The notes under the pieces were generated by a model, which did not search any database, was not told the DNA's origin, and was given only the letters and a program-made list of their open reading frames with translations. Made by a program: the position numbers and the translations under genes. A stretch of 63,975 nucleotides of DNA, filler included, from Octopus bimaculoides (Eukaryota), in the NCBI RefSeq assembly GCF_001194135.2. It is 9 parts of 8 records of this genome, joined end to end, with 100 filler letters (N's around TTAATTAATTAA, not from the genome) between each part and the next. Parts side by side here need not be neighbours in the genome. Positions count along the whole stretch, not along the records: positions 49,433 to 56,099 come from NC_069005.1; positions 56,200 to 60,272 come from NC_068987.1; positions 60,373 to 62,664 come from NC_068981.1; 6 more parts are not named here. One strand, written 5' to 3'. Below, in pieces: positions 49,433-60,740 of the stretch; position 1 is the first letter of the stretch, and every line of letters begins with the position of its first letter.

Positions 49433-49563
49433 TCATCGACTCCGAAAGGATGAAAGGCAAAGTCAACCTACCTCGGCGGAATCTGCACCCAGAGCGTAGC
49501 GACTGACGACATGTCACAAAGGATTCCGCCCGACATGCTTACGATTCTGCCAGCACGCCGCCT
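49433..49563 (-). mobile_element. Meta-like SINE, 5' part
   Basis: tcgactccgaaaggatgaaaggcaaagtcaacc...ttctgccagcacgccgcctt. Confidence 0.75.
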
Positions 49564-49857
49564 TCTATTTTAAAAATAATATGTTTGGTATGATACTTTG
49601 ATACACTCAGCAGCTCTTTTCGTCACTTTCTTCTTCATTCTCTGAACAATAATATTGATTACTGCCTACAGCTTTAATTTTGCGAACTTATTTTTTCGCT
49701 ATCATTTTTTATTTGCCATTGATCTCAAATTTCTTGACTACACCTATCCACGTCCTCCACTTCTCCACCTTGTTTGTATATGCTGAACTTTAACTGGAGG
49801 ACAAAGAAATGAGTTAGAACGGAGATTACTCTTTCCTCGGATTCTTCTGTTTTACAG

Positions 49858-49991
49858 TTTGGTGTGGTTTCTCGTATCTATCACTGTTGCTTTCGAATAA
49901 ATACAAACGTATACAATATAGAGCATTGAAACTAGAGAAAACGTATGAGGTGGACTTGAAGGCAGAAATGCAAAAAAGTAGTTTGAGATAG
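49858..49991 (+). CDS. Possible terminal exon (hydrophobic end followed by a basic tail); speculative
   Basis: Strong acceptor ctctttcctcggattcttctgttttacAG; phase-1 frame WCGFSYLSLLLSNKYKRIQYRALKLEKTYEVDLKAEMQKSSLR*; no homology recognised. Confidence 0.2.
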
Positions 49992-50043
49992 AAATAATAC
50001 ATTTCTAAATCTCTCAGAGAGATTTATGCAGTAGTGATACGAT

Positions 50044-50187
50044 GAAGTAGTTGTATACTGTCAACTAAATGTGACAGTTCTCTGAAGGGAATAATACTGC
50101 TGTTGGTTAGACCTAGGAAGCGGTGCATCTTCCTAGGTCTAACCAACAGGGGACTGTCACATTAAGTTGACAGTATACAACTACTTC
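50044..50187. repeat. Two-tier fold-back hairpin (37-bp outer stem, perfect 21-bp inner stem, 8-nt loop)
   Basis: 50044-50080 pairs with 50151-50187 (35/37); 50100-50120 pairs with 50129-50149 (21/21); asymmetric internal loop of 19 nt against 1 nt. Confidence 0.92.
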
Positions 50188-50825
50188 GTAGTTTGAGATA
50201 GGTTAAACTAATTGAGCAGTAGAATAATTCTTATAGATTCGTAAATACATACATACACACAAACTTAGATATGAATATGATAATTGCCTTGCCCTGTCGG
50301 ACGATAGCCGTCTCCCATTCAGCCTGATTGTTCAGTTTTACTTTCATCCCTGCATGTGTGCGGAGATATGTTTCCAGGACGTTACCGCGTATCCAGTACC
50401 ATAGGACTTCTTAAAGTACCAAACCATTGATCAAGAAATGAAATGATAGTGAGACATCAATATGTCATGGAATTTAAATGACAAAGGTTTGTGCAACACA
50501 TTTTCCACTCTTTCGGTTGCCGCTGTAGGTTCCAGTGATAAGCACTGCAAGACGATTGGTACTATTTTGATAGCATGTTTTATGTCAGAGTATCTTGCTC
50601 CCAGAAGAGATGCCATACTCATGGTTCTGTCAAAAATAACGGAAGCCCCTTCTACCTCTGGGAAATATATTCAACTCGTAGATGGGACTCTGACAGGCTG
50701 ACCTTGGAGTAATGGTAATTAAGGGGTGACTCTACTCTCACCACAACTCCAAAATTTAGGAACAGGAGACTCAACACCAAATACAGTTTAATGTCATACC
50801 CAGGATATACATACATACATACATA

Positions 50826-51280
50826 CATGGTGATGATGGCCGTCCACTCGTGACCGAGGAAAACCATTGCCGACCTTCAGGAACATTGTGCGCTCTAGGA
50901 CTAAATTGTATTTTGCATTTGCGTCTCCGTTGGTGGCTAATGAGCCCTGCTCTTGACAAGCATATACGACTGCAAACATTGCAGACCAAGCTTTCTCCAT
51001 TCACTATACGAGCCGTGCACTTTCGCGTAGCTCGCTTAAATTCTTCATGCTGCATACGTGCTCTCTCAAAAGTGTCGATCCCCTCCTTATCCAGCTTCTT
51101 CCAACTGTGGCAATGACAGGCATTGTTCTCCCAGTCAGTCTCCTGCATATCACAGGCCTTTAATGAGGACTTGACACAGTCCTTAAATCGCAGCCTTGGT
51201 TTCTGCCGGAGTCTCCTTCCATTCACAATTTCACCATATAGCATCTGCTTAGGAATCCTGCTATCCTTCATTCTGATATA
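50826..51280 (-). pseudogene. RTE/BovB-like LINE 3' end (ORF C-terminus with one C2H2-like finger, short 3' UTR, (TATG)n tail)
   Basis: RMKDSRIPKQMLYGEI..GRR.RQKPRLRFKDCVKSSLK...WE....SWKK...GIDTFE..R...KRATRK...CNVCSRICLSRAGLISH. Confidence 0.88.
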
Positions 51281-51330
51281 CATACATACATACACACACA
51301 CATACATACAAACATACATACATACATACA

Positions 51331-51709
51331 TTTTGGCACTCCGTCGCTTACAACGACGAGGGTTCCAGTTGATCCGATCAATGGAACAGCCTGCTCCTGA
51401 GATTAACGTGCAAGTGGCTGAGCACTCCACAGACACGTNNNNNNNNNNAGTTCTCGGGGATATTCAGCGTGACACAGTGTGACAAGGCTGACCCTTTGAA
51501 TTACAGGCACAACAGAAACAGGAAGTAAGAGTGAGAGAAAGTTGTGGTGAAAGAGTACAGCAGGGTTCACCACCATCCCCTGCCGGAGCCTCGTGGAGCT
51601 TTAGGTGCTTTCGCTCAATAAACACTCACAACGCCCGGTCTGGGAATCGAAAGTGTGATCCTATGACCACAAGTCCGCTGCCCTAACCACTGGGCCATTG
51701 CGCCTCCAC
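51331..51709 (-). mobile_element. tRNA-derived SINE (head A, tail 2) inserted in (TACA)n
   Basis: Colinear with 7087-7463. Confidence 0.85.
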
Positions 51710-51974
51710 ACATACATACATACATACATACATACGGACATATACACGCATGTATACATACATACATTCACACACGTCCATCCACCGCTCATCTACCCCT
51801 GCATACATAATACATACACACACATACATGCATAATACATACATACATACATACATGCATTATTCACACCTACTAGCTCGACCCGTGAAAAATTCACGGA
51901 AAACAAAAAATGTAAGCATCCGTAAACAGTGTACTGGCGCCATGAGAAATATTTGTGTATTATGAGCGTTTGTT

Positions 51975-52110
51975 TTTACGTTCTGAGTTCAATTTCTGCC
52001 GAGGTCGACTTCGCCTTTCTTCGTTTCGAGGCCAATAAATTAAGTACCAGTTGTGTACTGCAGTCGATCTAATCAACTGGCCTCCTCCCCACGAAAATTT
52101 CAGGCCTAGA
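51975..52110 (+). mobile_element. Meta-like SINE fragment nested in the Helitron 3' region
   Basis: gttctgagttcaatttctgccgaggtcgacttcgcc...aattaagtaccag. Confidence 0.7.
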
Positions 52111-52289
52111 AAAGTATATTGTGATAGTTACAAAACATAGAAAGTAAAGTAACAGCAATGAATAAATAATCCAACCAAAATATCTCAGTTACACAAACGC
52201 AAACGCAAACGGAATTGCTATTTAACATTAAAATACATCGCACATATTCAAAGAACCTTCTTGGTTTAGTGGTACGGACATTTTCTGGT

Positions 52290-52494
52290 ATTCTTTTATT
52301 CTTTTACTTGTTTTAGTCATTTGACGGTGGTGGCCATGCTGGAACACCACCCTTTAGTCGAAGAAATTGACCCCTTGACTTATTCCCTGTAAGCCTGGTG
52401 CTTATTCTATTAGTCTCTTCTGCTGAACAGCTAAGTTACAGTGACGCAACGCACCTACATCGGTTGTCAAGCAATGGGACAAACACAGACACAA

Positions 52495-52526
<32 letters not shown>

Positions 52527-52529
52527 ACA

Positions 52530-52561
<32 letters not shown>

Positions 52562-52570
52562 CGACGGGTT
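52290..52570 (-). mobile_element. CORE-type SINE 3' part nested in the Helitron 3' region
   Basis: ttcttttacttgttttagtcatttgac..ggccatgctgg..cggttgtcaagc. Confidence 0.7.
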
Positions 52571-52782
52571 TGGAAGTAGTTGTGATGCTGGCTGGGGAGA
52601 GATCCAGTAAGCGCCTAACTGGTGTAATGTGGATGTGTAATGATCAAGCGGCTGGTGTGGTGGTGATGCTAGCTGATACGGGGGTCGTCCTCACAGTACT
52701 TCATGGTAGACAATATTTTGTGTGTATGCCACACCACGTTTTTGGCCTTGTCTGTTATCCCAATTGAATATCATAATTCTTA

Positions 52783-53004
52783 TGGGAAAATTTACGAAAA
52801 AACAACAACAGACGAGGACAGGTGGTGTAAACAACAAAAGGATGTATTAGTTTAACGCTCGGGAATAGAGAAAGTCTTTAACGTTTCGAGCTACGCTCTT
52901 CAACAGAAAGAAATAAGGAGAAAAACAAGTAGAGAAAAAATATAAATGTAGTGGTCAGTGACCTATCATGGCGACTGCTGGACAGAAAGTTCACACAGGA
53001 GAGC
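52783..53004 (-). mobile_element. 222-bp Penelope-like (pLTR-type) insertion with an 8-bp TSD inside the Helitron ORF
   Basis: AATTCTTA at 52775-52782 and 53005-53012; removing the insert and one repeat restores the frame NIKVRI|MIFNWDNRQGQKRGVAYTQNIVYHEVL*; T-rich on the minus strand; contains a hammerhead-like motif. Confidence 0.75.
52875..52911 (-). ncRNA. Degenerate minimal type I hammerhead ribozyme motif (Penelope-type), likely inactive in this copy
   Basis: UCUUU-CUGUUGA-A-GAG-CGUAG-CUC-GAAAC-GU-U-AAAGA: 5-bp stem I, 3-bp stem II, palindromic AACGUU stem III; core A6 is U and the cleavage triplet is GUU. Confidence 0.6.
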
Positions 53005-54254
53005 AATTCTTACTTTGATATTGTTCATAGCTCGTGCTCTTGAAAATCCGACATATAATTGGCCATGAGAAAATATCAGTCGAAGCAAATGTATTCCAAC
53101 TTTTTCAAATGTTTGCCCTTGAGCCTTATTAATTGTCATTGAATATGCAAGTCGAAGTCGAAACTGAAGTATGTTTAGTGTGAATGGAATATTTACATCA
53201 CTTGGGCTAAGTTTAATTCTGAGAATTAGAACTGTATGACATCTGTTGGATCCAATGATACCTCTACACAATGTTCATGAAGTCTTTGCACTTTCATGCG
53301 AGTCCCATTACATAATCCTTGACTGATCGAAAGATTTCTTAGCAGCATTACAATAGCCCTACATTTAAGTTGAGGCGATGAGGAGGCATACCGGATGGAG
53401 TGAGTGAGTTTATGAATTCAAATGGATAGTTCTGAACCTCCTCTTCATTATTGCGGGACACTGAATCTGTGTTTAAGTACGTTTTAAGTGCCTCTGGTAT
53501 TTATTGCAAGACAGAATATTTAGGAGATAAAATTACCCCTTTTTCCATTTCTTCTGGCGTGCAGTTGGTGAAACTTTCTGGGTACAAATGTACAAATTGA
53601 AATGCAAAGGAACGAAATAATAAATGGATTTATGAATGAAAGTTTGGTAATTGCATTTATTTCCACCACGTGACAATTATTATTGCAAACATGTTTTAAC
53701 TAACCTAAGCTACACACACACAAATACATTCATATATATGTCATGAGTTGTATTTGTAATTCAAAGAGGCCAGCCTTGTCATATTCTGTATGAGGTTGAA
53801 TCTCCCTGAGAACTACGTCACTGTTATGCATGTCTGTGGAGTACTCAGCCATTTGTGAGTTAATTTTATCCTCGTGTGGTAATGAAAAGTGAAATTGACA
53901 TCCAATATTTGCTGTGTCTATGTATCTAGATTTGAACTTTTCTTTGGATTTATATATCTACTATCTCTCTCACTTTCTTACTCTTTCACATCCTTTTCTC
54001 TTCTCTCCCGCTTTTGATTTAACAATGTGTATATGTATCTATGTATCTACTTCTCTTGTGATGTGATAAACATTTAAAAACACAAAACGAACGCCGTATC
54101 CACCCACTGTCTCTTTCACTCTCTCTCTTTCTCTCTTACTTCCTCTCTATCCTCCTCTCTCTCTCGCTTTGCCACTTCTTTGAAATAAGTGCGATGCACA
54201 AAACAGGTACCTACAAAAACAAAAACAAAAAAAATAGCGTATTAATATTATTGA

Positions 54255-54420
54255 GGATTATTAATGGAGCAATAGGATACATACCGACCCGTCTGAAGCA
54301 AAGTATGGACGAACATGAGTTTTGGCGGGTGAACGCAAATCATTAATTTATACACTACAAGTGATCACGATATCTGAGACTATAAAACTCTTCAAGGCCT
54401 TAAGTTTTAACAGGTGGTGA
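54255..54420 (+). pseudogene. Decayed C-terminus of a restriction-like-endonuclease non-LTR element (R4/Dong-like)
   Basis: IINGAIGYIPTRLKQSMDEHEF, frameshift, ERKSLIYTLQVITISETIKLFKAL resembles the IIIGALG.IP..L...L...LQ....GT.KI C-terminal pattern (recalled). Confidence 0.45.
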
Positions 54421-55534
54421 ACGAAGCAAGATGCTGTCCTTCAGAACCTTGCCACCAAGCAGGTGACCGGTCAAGATATATTCTCAATTAACAAGAGAAA
54501 GAGATGAACATGCACACATATTAGGCGCACAAGTAGTGAATATGTTTCTGTTGAGTCATAAAGATAAATAGCATAAAAGATGCCAACTTAAGATCTAAGA
54601 ACTCTGTTTTACGATGCTGTGAGGACTGATTTATGAATCTATGAATCTATGAATCGCCTGCGTTGTAGTTATGCATATCTGCATATATGTTTGTTTATAT
54701 TTATTATGTATAAATTTATGTATGTGCACTCACATATACATACATACATACATACATACATACATANNNNNNNNNNNNNNNNNNNNNNNNNNNNNNNNNN
54801 NNNNNNNNNNNNNNNNNNNNNNNNNNNNNNNNNNNNNNNNNNNNNNNNNNNNNNNNNNNNNNNNNNNNNNNNNNNNNNNNNNNNNNNNNNNNNNNNNNNN
54901 NNNNNNNNNNNNNNNNNNNNNNNNNNNNNNNNNNNNNNNNNNNNNNNNNNNNNNNNNNNNNATAGATATATATATATATATATATGTACACTCCTAACTA
55001 TGTATGTATGTATGTATGTATGTATGCGTGTGTGAGTGTATGCCTGCATGCATATGTGCATATATGTATGTATGTATAGACGAACAATTATTCTATGATG
55101 ATGAAGGGAAATAACCCGGAAATCTCGAAACATATTGCTTTGAGCTGAATAGGTGTGCTTAATGCCCTTGTTCGAAAATATATGGACACAGATCGTGTCA
55201 TACAGCCAGCTGGAGACGATGTCTCCTGGGGCTAAATTACAGCAACATTCATCCTAAGCCAGAACTGCCATGTTATGTTGGCAAGCAATCTTTAATTTTT
55301 CCAATCCGAAATCGCAGCACTTATGGTGTCTTCTGCACCCAACACAATCCTTTACTTACTCCACTTCTTAGTAAATAGAGCCCGTCGTATTATCTTTAGA
55401 GTGGTGTCTCTTATTCATACTAGGCAGCTTCCCTAGTCCTATCCAATTCCTTATCTTTCTCCAATTTGAACAACGAGCAGTGTATCTCAGCACGGATAAG
55501 GTTCGCGTATTCATAGGTAATATTTCATCTTGTT

Positions 55535-55950
55535 AAGGTGGCGAGCTTGCAGAATCGTTAGTACGCAGAATTAAATGCTTAGCTCTATTTCATCTCCTGC
55601 TACGTTCTGAGTTCAAATTCCGCTGAGGTCCACTTTGCCTTTTGTCCTTCGACGTCGATAAATTAAGTACCAGTGAAACACTGGCGTCGATTTATTATTA
55701 TTATTATTATCATCATCATTATTATTATTATTAAGGCGGCGAGCTGGGAGAATCGTTAGCAGGCTAGGCGAAATGCTTCGCGGTATTTCGTCCGTTGCTA
55801 CATTCTGAGTTCAAATTCCGCCAAGGTGTACTTTGTCTTTCATCATTTCGGGGTCGATGAAATAAGTATCAGTTACACACTAGTGTCGATGTAATCGACT
55901 AGTCCCCTTCCCCACAAAATTTTCAAGGCCTTCTGCCTAGAGTAGAAATT
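55535..55950 (+). mobile_element. Two tandem Meta-like SINEs separated by (TTA/CAT)n
   Basis: aaggtggcgagcttgcagaatcgttag at about 55535 and aaggcggcgagctgggagaatcgttag at about 55733. Confidence 0.8.
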
Positions 55951-55965
55951 CTTCTTCTTCTTCTT

Positions 55966-56060
<95 letters not shown>

Positions 56061-56099
56061 CATCATCATCGTCATCATCATTATTATTATCATTATTAT

Positions 56100-56199
56100 N
56101 NNNNNNNNNNNNNNNNNNNNNNNNNNNNNNNNNNNNNNNNNNNTTAATTAATTAANNNNNNNNNNNNNNNNNNNNNNNNNNNNNNNNNNNNNNNNNNNN
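56100..56199. other. Artificial scaffold linker 6
   Basis: 44 N + TTAATTAATTAA (56144-56155) + 44 N. Confidence 0.97.
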
Positions 56200-56529
56200 T
56201 TCTGTCTCTCTCTTTCTCTCTCTGTGAAAGTATCTGTCATTACAGTTTCGAAATGTGATTGTTTCAGTTAGTGGAATAGTTTCATTTTTAAAGTGAAAGT
56301 ATTTGACCTGAGTGTTTTTGTTTCACTTTTGACACGTAATACTTAAATAGTGAAGATATTATGTTGCCGTGTGCTCGAGCTCTGCAAAAAGTTTAAAAAT
56401 TTTTTTGACTAAAACACAACTGTAAGGCATGTGTAAAATTTGAATGAAATTGGTTGCGTAGTTCTCGAGTTTTAGGGATTCACACAGACAGACAGACAGA
56501 CAGACATTCTCATTTTTATATATATAGAT
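56200..56529 (+). mobile_element. DINE-1/HINE-like non-autonomous Helentron 3' part
   Basis: aaatttgaatgaaattggttgcgtagttctcgagttt, then (GACA)n, then terminal tttttatatatatagat; this layout is typical of DINE-1-like elements. Confidence 0.5.
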
Positions 56530-56980
56530 ATATCATCATCATCATTTGCAGGATCCAATTGAATTGAGGCATTTTAATAATAAGTACACCAAGTTAGGGT
56601 CGAGAGTAGCATATCTATGTATCAACAGTATACATGGACACTCATGCATATATTAATGTTTATACAGAAAAACAACAAAAAAAAAATATTCATTATGAGC
56701 CAGATCTTAAATGTTAAATTTTGGATTTAAATTTTTATTCCCCTGAAAAATAAAAAAACCCAGAAAAATGTCTTTTTCATGATGTAATTGATTTGTTCAT
56801 CAATAAAAACGTGTCTGAAACAGCTGTTGTGAACCTCAGCCCACTTGTCTTCTTACTTAAATATATATATATTGTTGAGAGACTCACTTGCTTTAGTCTT
56901 TGGTTTGCATCAAATTGCATAGAAGCATAATTTTTTAAGCAGGAAGTCACTAGCTATGTGACTTTTCCGAATATTGTCCA

Positions 56981-57210
56981 TTAACCCTTTTGTTACTGTA
57001 TTTCTTTTGAGATGCTCTGTGTTTCTTTCAATTAATTTTAAATATAACAAAGAATTGAGTAAAATAACTTAGTTATCCTTAAGCTAGTGTTAGGAACCTA
57101 AATTGTGACTAAGGTTTGGTCGAAGATTTTAATTCAAAATTTTTGAAAACAAGACATTTGTACTACAGAGTCAGAGGCAGTTTCAGCCAGGTTGGTATCA
57201 AAAAGGTTAA
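56981..57210. mobile_element. piggyBac-like MITE, 230 bp, TTAA at both ends
   Basis: TTAA-CCCTTTTGTTAC ... GTATCAAAAAGG-TTAA (imperfect TIR). Confidence 0.7.
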
Positions 57211-57738
57211 CCTACACAAGAATAAAAAAAGAAAAAATCTGACATCTTTTTTAGCATTATTTCTCCGAAACTATTTTATATTCTTAGCTCGCTTTATTCT
57301 AAATGCATTGTTTTGTAGCATACATTCTTAAATTCCTTGCTTTGTTGAGTTCTATTTTAGAATAGTGAAGGCGTTACTCCAGCATGGTGACAGTCTAATG
57401 ACTAAAACTAGTAAAAAGAATAAAACAATTCTCCATGATTAGCTGTTAAGTACAAATGATGTCTACATTTACAATTCAATCTGCATATTTATATAAGAGA
57501 CATGCATGGAAAAACAAGGCAACTTATTACAGTTATCGTCACATGAGGTGAGCTGTTTTAAATCCAAGAAATTACGTTGAAGCTTTTGTTCTCTCATTTT
57601 GTGTGTGTGTGTGTGTGTGTGACAGAGAGAGTGAGAGAGAGACAGGGGGAAGAGGGGAGGGAGTTACTGGGGAGGGAAATANNNNNNNNNNGGTTAGTTT
57701 CACTATATATTCATATATTCATACCTAGCTATCTATCT

Positions 57739-57792
<54 letters not shown>

Positions 57793-58047
57793 TAATCATC
57801 ATCACCATCATTCTGATGCCTGCTTTCCCATGTTTGGGTTAGACAGAACTTATTGAGGTAGATTTTCTACAGCCAGATGTTCTCCTTGTCACCTACCCTC
57901 ACCTGTTTTCAAGCAAGGTAATATTTTCCCATGGCTGGACTTTTTCACAGAAAACTTGAAACAAACAAACACAATTTGCATGATGGTGACGCACATTTAC
58001 AACAATTGTGCAATATCAAGACAAAGACACACACACACGTGCATGCA

Positions 58048-58087
<40 letters not shown>

Positions 58088-58393
58088 TATGGCAGGCTTC
58101 TTTCAGTTTCTATCTACAGAGCCCACTCACAAAGCCCTGGTTGCTCTGAGAATATGATAGAAAACACTTGCTCAAGATGCCATGCAGTGGGACAGCCTGA
58201 AACCATGTCAGTGCCTAAGCCATACTTGAAGAAATAAAAGTGAATGAATGTACTTTACAAGACATAAAGCTAGTTTTGCACCTAGATCACTGGAATTTTA
58301 CATTGGGGTACATCTTTTCAAGTAGAAGGCCATCATAGATGATGTGACTTTCTCTGATACTTTCTACAAATCCATCAAAGTTGTGTACTGCAG

Positions 58394-58504
<111 letters not shown>

Positions 58505-59554
58505 ATGCACGCATGCAGGTGTATGTATGATCATTTTTTTTAATGTCAGTTTTTCTATGCTAGCATGGGTTAGACAGAGATATTATACAGGCATTGTTTT
58601 ACGGTAGGATACCATTCCAGTGGCTAACTTTTGCTTGTTTTTCAAGTAAAGAATCTTTTATTCAACACATCTTCAAAAGAACAAAGTAAACAGCCAATTT
58701 ATTGTCAGTAGAAATGACGATTCTATGACTGCTTGTAATTGAGCAGTTTTGGAGAAGGGCAAAAGTAAACACAGAAACACACACATGAAATGCACATAAA
58801 CCTACATGCAGTCACACATATCTGATGAGCTTCTTTAAGTTTCTGCCTACCAAATCCACTCACAGGAATTTGGTTTGCCTGGGACTGTAACAGATGACAG
58901 CTGCTCAAAGTGCCATGCATACTGGGCCTCATCGAGATGACAATAGACCAAGATGTTTGGCAATTTGAGGTTTTTGAAAAAAACCTGGCCACCTCAGCAA
59001 AACTGAATTCTGGAAGTATTGTGTGTCTCACCTACATGTAACACTAAGTTTTCCACACATCCTCCCTAATAAACCAAACTACATCTCTTCTCTTCCTCAC
59101 ATCTCTTCTTCATGCACTATGTTTATCTCTCCCTCCCCATTCCTGCAGCCCAATCCTGTCTCCCATACTGCCTGCCAACTGTGTCATTACTATCCTGTCA
59201 TCCCCCCTACTATATACCCAGGTTTCACCACTCACTGCATTCCACCTCTCCTTTTGCATTCACATGAACTCCCTACTCATGCTCCCTGGATATAGAGTTC
59301 AACACATTTCTCCTGTAACACATTTCTTCTCATAGTAAAAATAACATTCGCTTGCCCACTCTTCTTGCTCTAAATAGACATTGACTTTCTGGAAAGCTTG
59401 ATGGACATACATGATGGAGAAGTCTTCAGAAGAACCTTCAAAAAATACCTTCCCAAAGATTGAAAGCAGAGAGGTACTCCAATAGTTTCTACATTTTGTA
59501 TGTGGTAGAAAACTGCCTCTGGTTTATCAGTTTATTTACCTTGGTAGTATACTC

Positions 59555-59766
59555 TTACTCTTTTACTCTTTTACTTGTTTCAGTCATTTGACTGTGGCCA
59601 TGCTGGGGCACCATCTTTAGTTGAGCAAATCGACCCCAGGACTTATTCTTTGGAAGCCTAGTACTTATTTTATCGGTCTCTTTTTGCCGAACTGCTAAGT
59701 TATGGGGACGTAAACACACCAGCATCGGTTGTCAAGCGAAGTTGGGGGGACAAGCACAGACACACA

Positions 59767-59816
<50 letters not shown>

Positions 59817-59983
59817 CACACTACACACATATATACGACGGGCTTCTTTCATTTTCCGTCTACCAAATCCACTCACAAGGCTTTGGACGGTCCGAGGCTA
59901 TAGTAGAAGACACTTGCTCAAGGTGCCACGCAGTGGGACTGAATCCAGAACCATGTGGTTGGTAAGCAAGCTACTTACCACAC
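59555..59983 (-). mobile_element. CORE-type SINE, full length, well conserved
   Basis: Head (cgtgtggtaagtagcttgc...ggattcagtccc), CORE (gtggcaccttgagcaagtgtcttc), internal (TA)n and tail gtaaaagagtaaaagag. Confidence 0.88.
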
Positions 59984-60272
59984 GCTTTTATGTTTTATTT
60001 TGCATGAAATTTGGCATAGAATGGAAAGGGCTTGTATGGCTTTTACTAGGTTGGAAGCTTGAATATGGCCACAATATGTATGCATGCACTCACACAAATA
60101 TATACACATACATGCACATACATATATACACATATGTTTACATACTTACATGCATGTATACATATGTACACACATGCATATATATTTTATGTGTGTATGT
60201 ATGCATGTGAGTATGTATGTAAACACAAACACACACACACAGACACACATTATGACATTTCTTTACAAATGC

Positions 60273-60372
60273 NNNNNNNNNNNNNNNNNNNNNNNNNNNN
60301 NNNNNNNNNNNNNNNNTTAATTAATTAANNNNNNNNNNNNNNNNNNNNNNNNNNNNNNNNNNNNNNNNNNNN
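60273..60372. other. Artificial scaffold linker 7
   Basis: 44 N + TTAATTAATTAA (60317-60328) + 44 N. Confidence 0.97.
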
Positions 60373-60740
60373 TCTAGTTTCGTGATGGTGGCATCGGGAC
60401 AAGGCACGACGGTCAGGCGGTAATCGATGACTGATACGATATACACATTAGCCACCTCCGCCCGGCCTTTTAGAGATAACTTTCTCTCAGCCCATTTTTG
60501 ACTGAGTTTGATCACTCTACTGGTGATCTCGTCCCAGTTCTTATCCATTTGGAGGTCCGGACTGAACCAGACCCCGAGCAGTTTAACCGGTCCGTCCGTC
60601 CAGCGTCCCACTACGGAGTCACTGTTGGACGGTATGGGCTTGCTTCTCCAGGTGCCGAGTAACAAACCCACTGACTTTTCCGGGTTAATTTTTGCTCCTG
60701 TCACCGTTTCGTATTCTTTAAGTGTCTCGCCTGATAAGAG
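60373..60740 (-). pseudogene. L1/Tx1-clade LINE ORF2 fragment (end of RT / thumb region)
   Basis: EYETVTGAKINPEKSVGL.LG.W...VKLLGVWF...NW...V...QKWAERKLSLKGRAEVAN..IVS..Y..TVVPCP; open frame, cut by the scaffold end. Confidence 0.85.

Larger units (their letters stand above)
51873..53590 (-). mobile_element. Helitron 3' half: decayed PIF1-like helicase C-terminus, 3' region and canonical terminus
   Basis: ILSPK, NSLTPSGMPPHRLNL, LLRNL..GLCNGTR, AYSMTINKAQGQT, FSHGQLYVGFSR and terminal TQNIVYHEVL* (stop 52691-52693); 3' end CCGTGAA-TTT-TTCACGG-GTCGAG-CTAG|T at 51899-51872. Confidence 0.9.

Noticed and set aside
50431-50701. Overlapping 63-79-aa ORFs with a faint resemblance to a GPCR TM3-ICL2 segment
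   Set aside because: No DRY motif, wrong spacing and no supporting exons.
55095-55133. ATGATGA-A-GGG-AAATAA-CCC-GGAAA, a hammerhead-like stem II
   Set aside because: Two core defects and no stem I or III; at most a remnant.
49433-56099. Helitron, RTE, PLE-like insert and hairpins as one cooperative system
   Set aside because: Simply explained by sequential nested insertions in a TE-dense scaffold; all coding parts are decayed.
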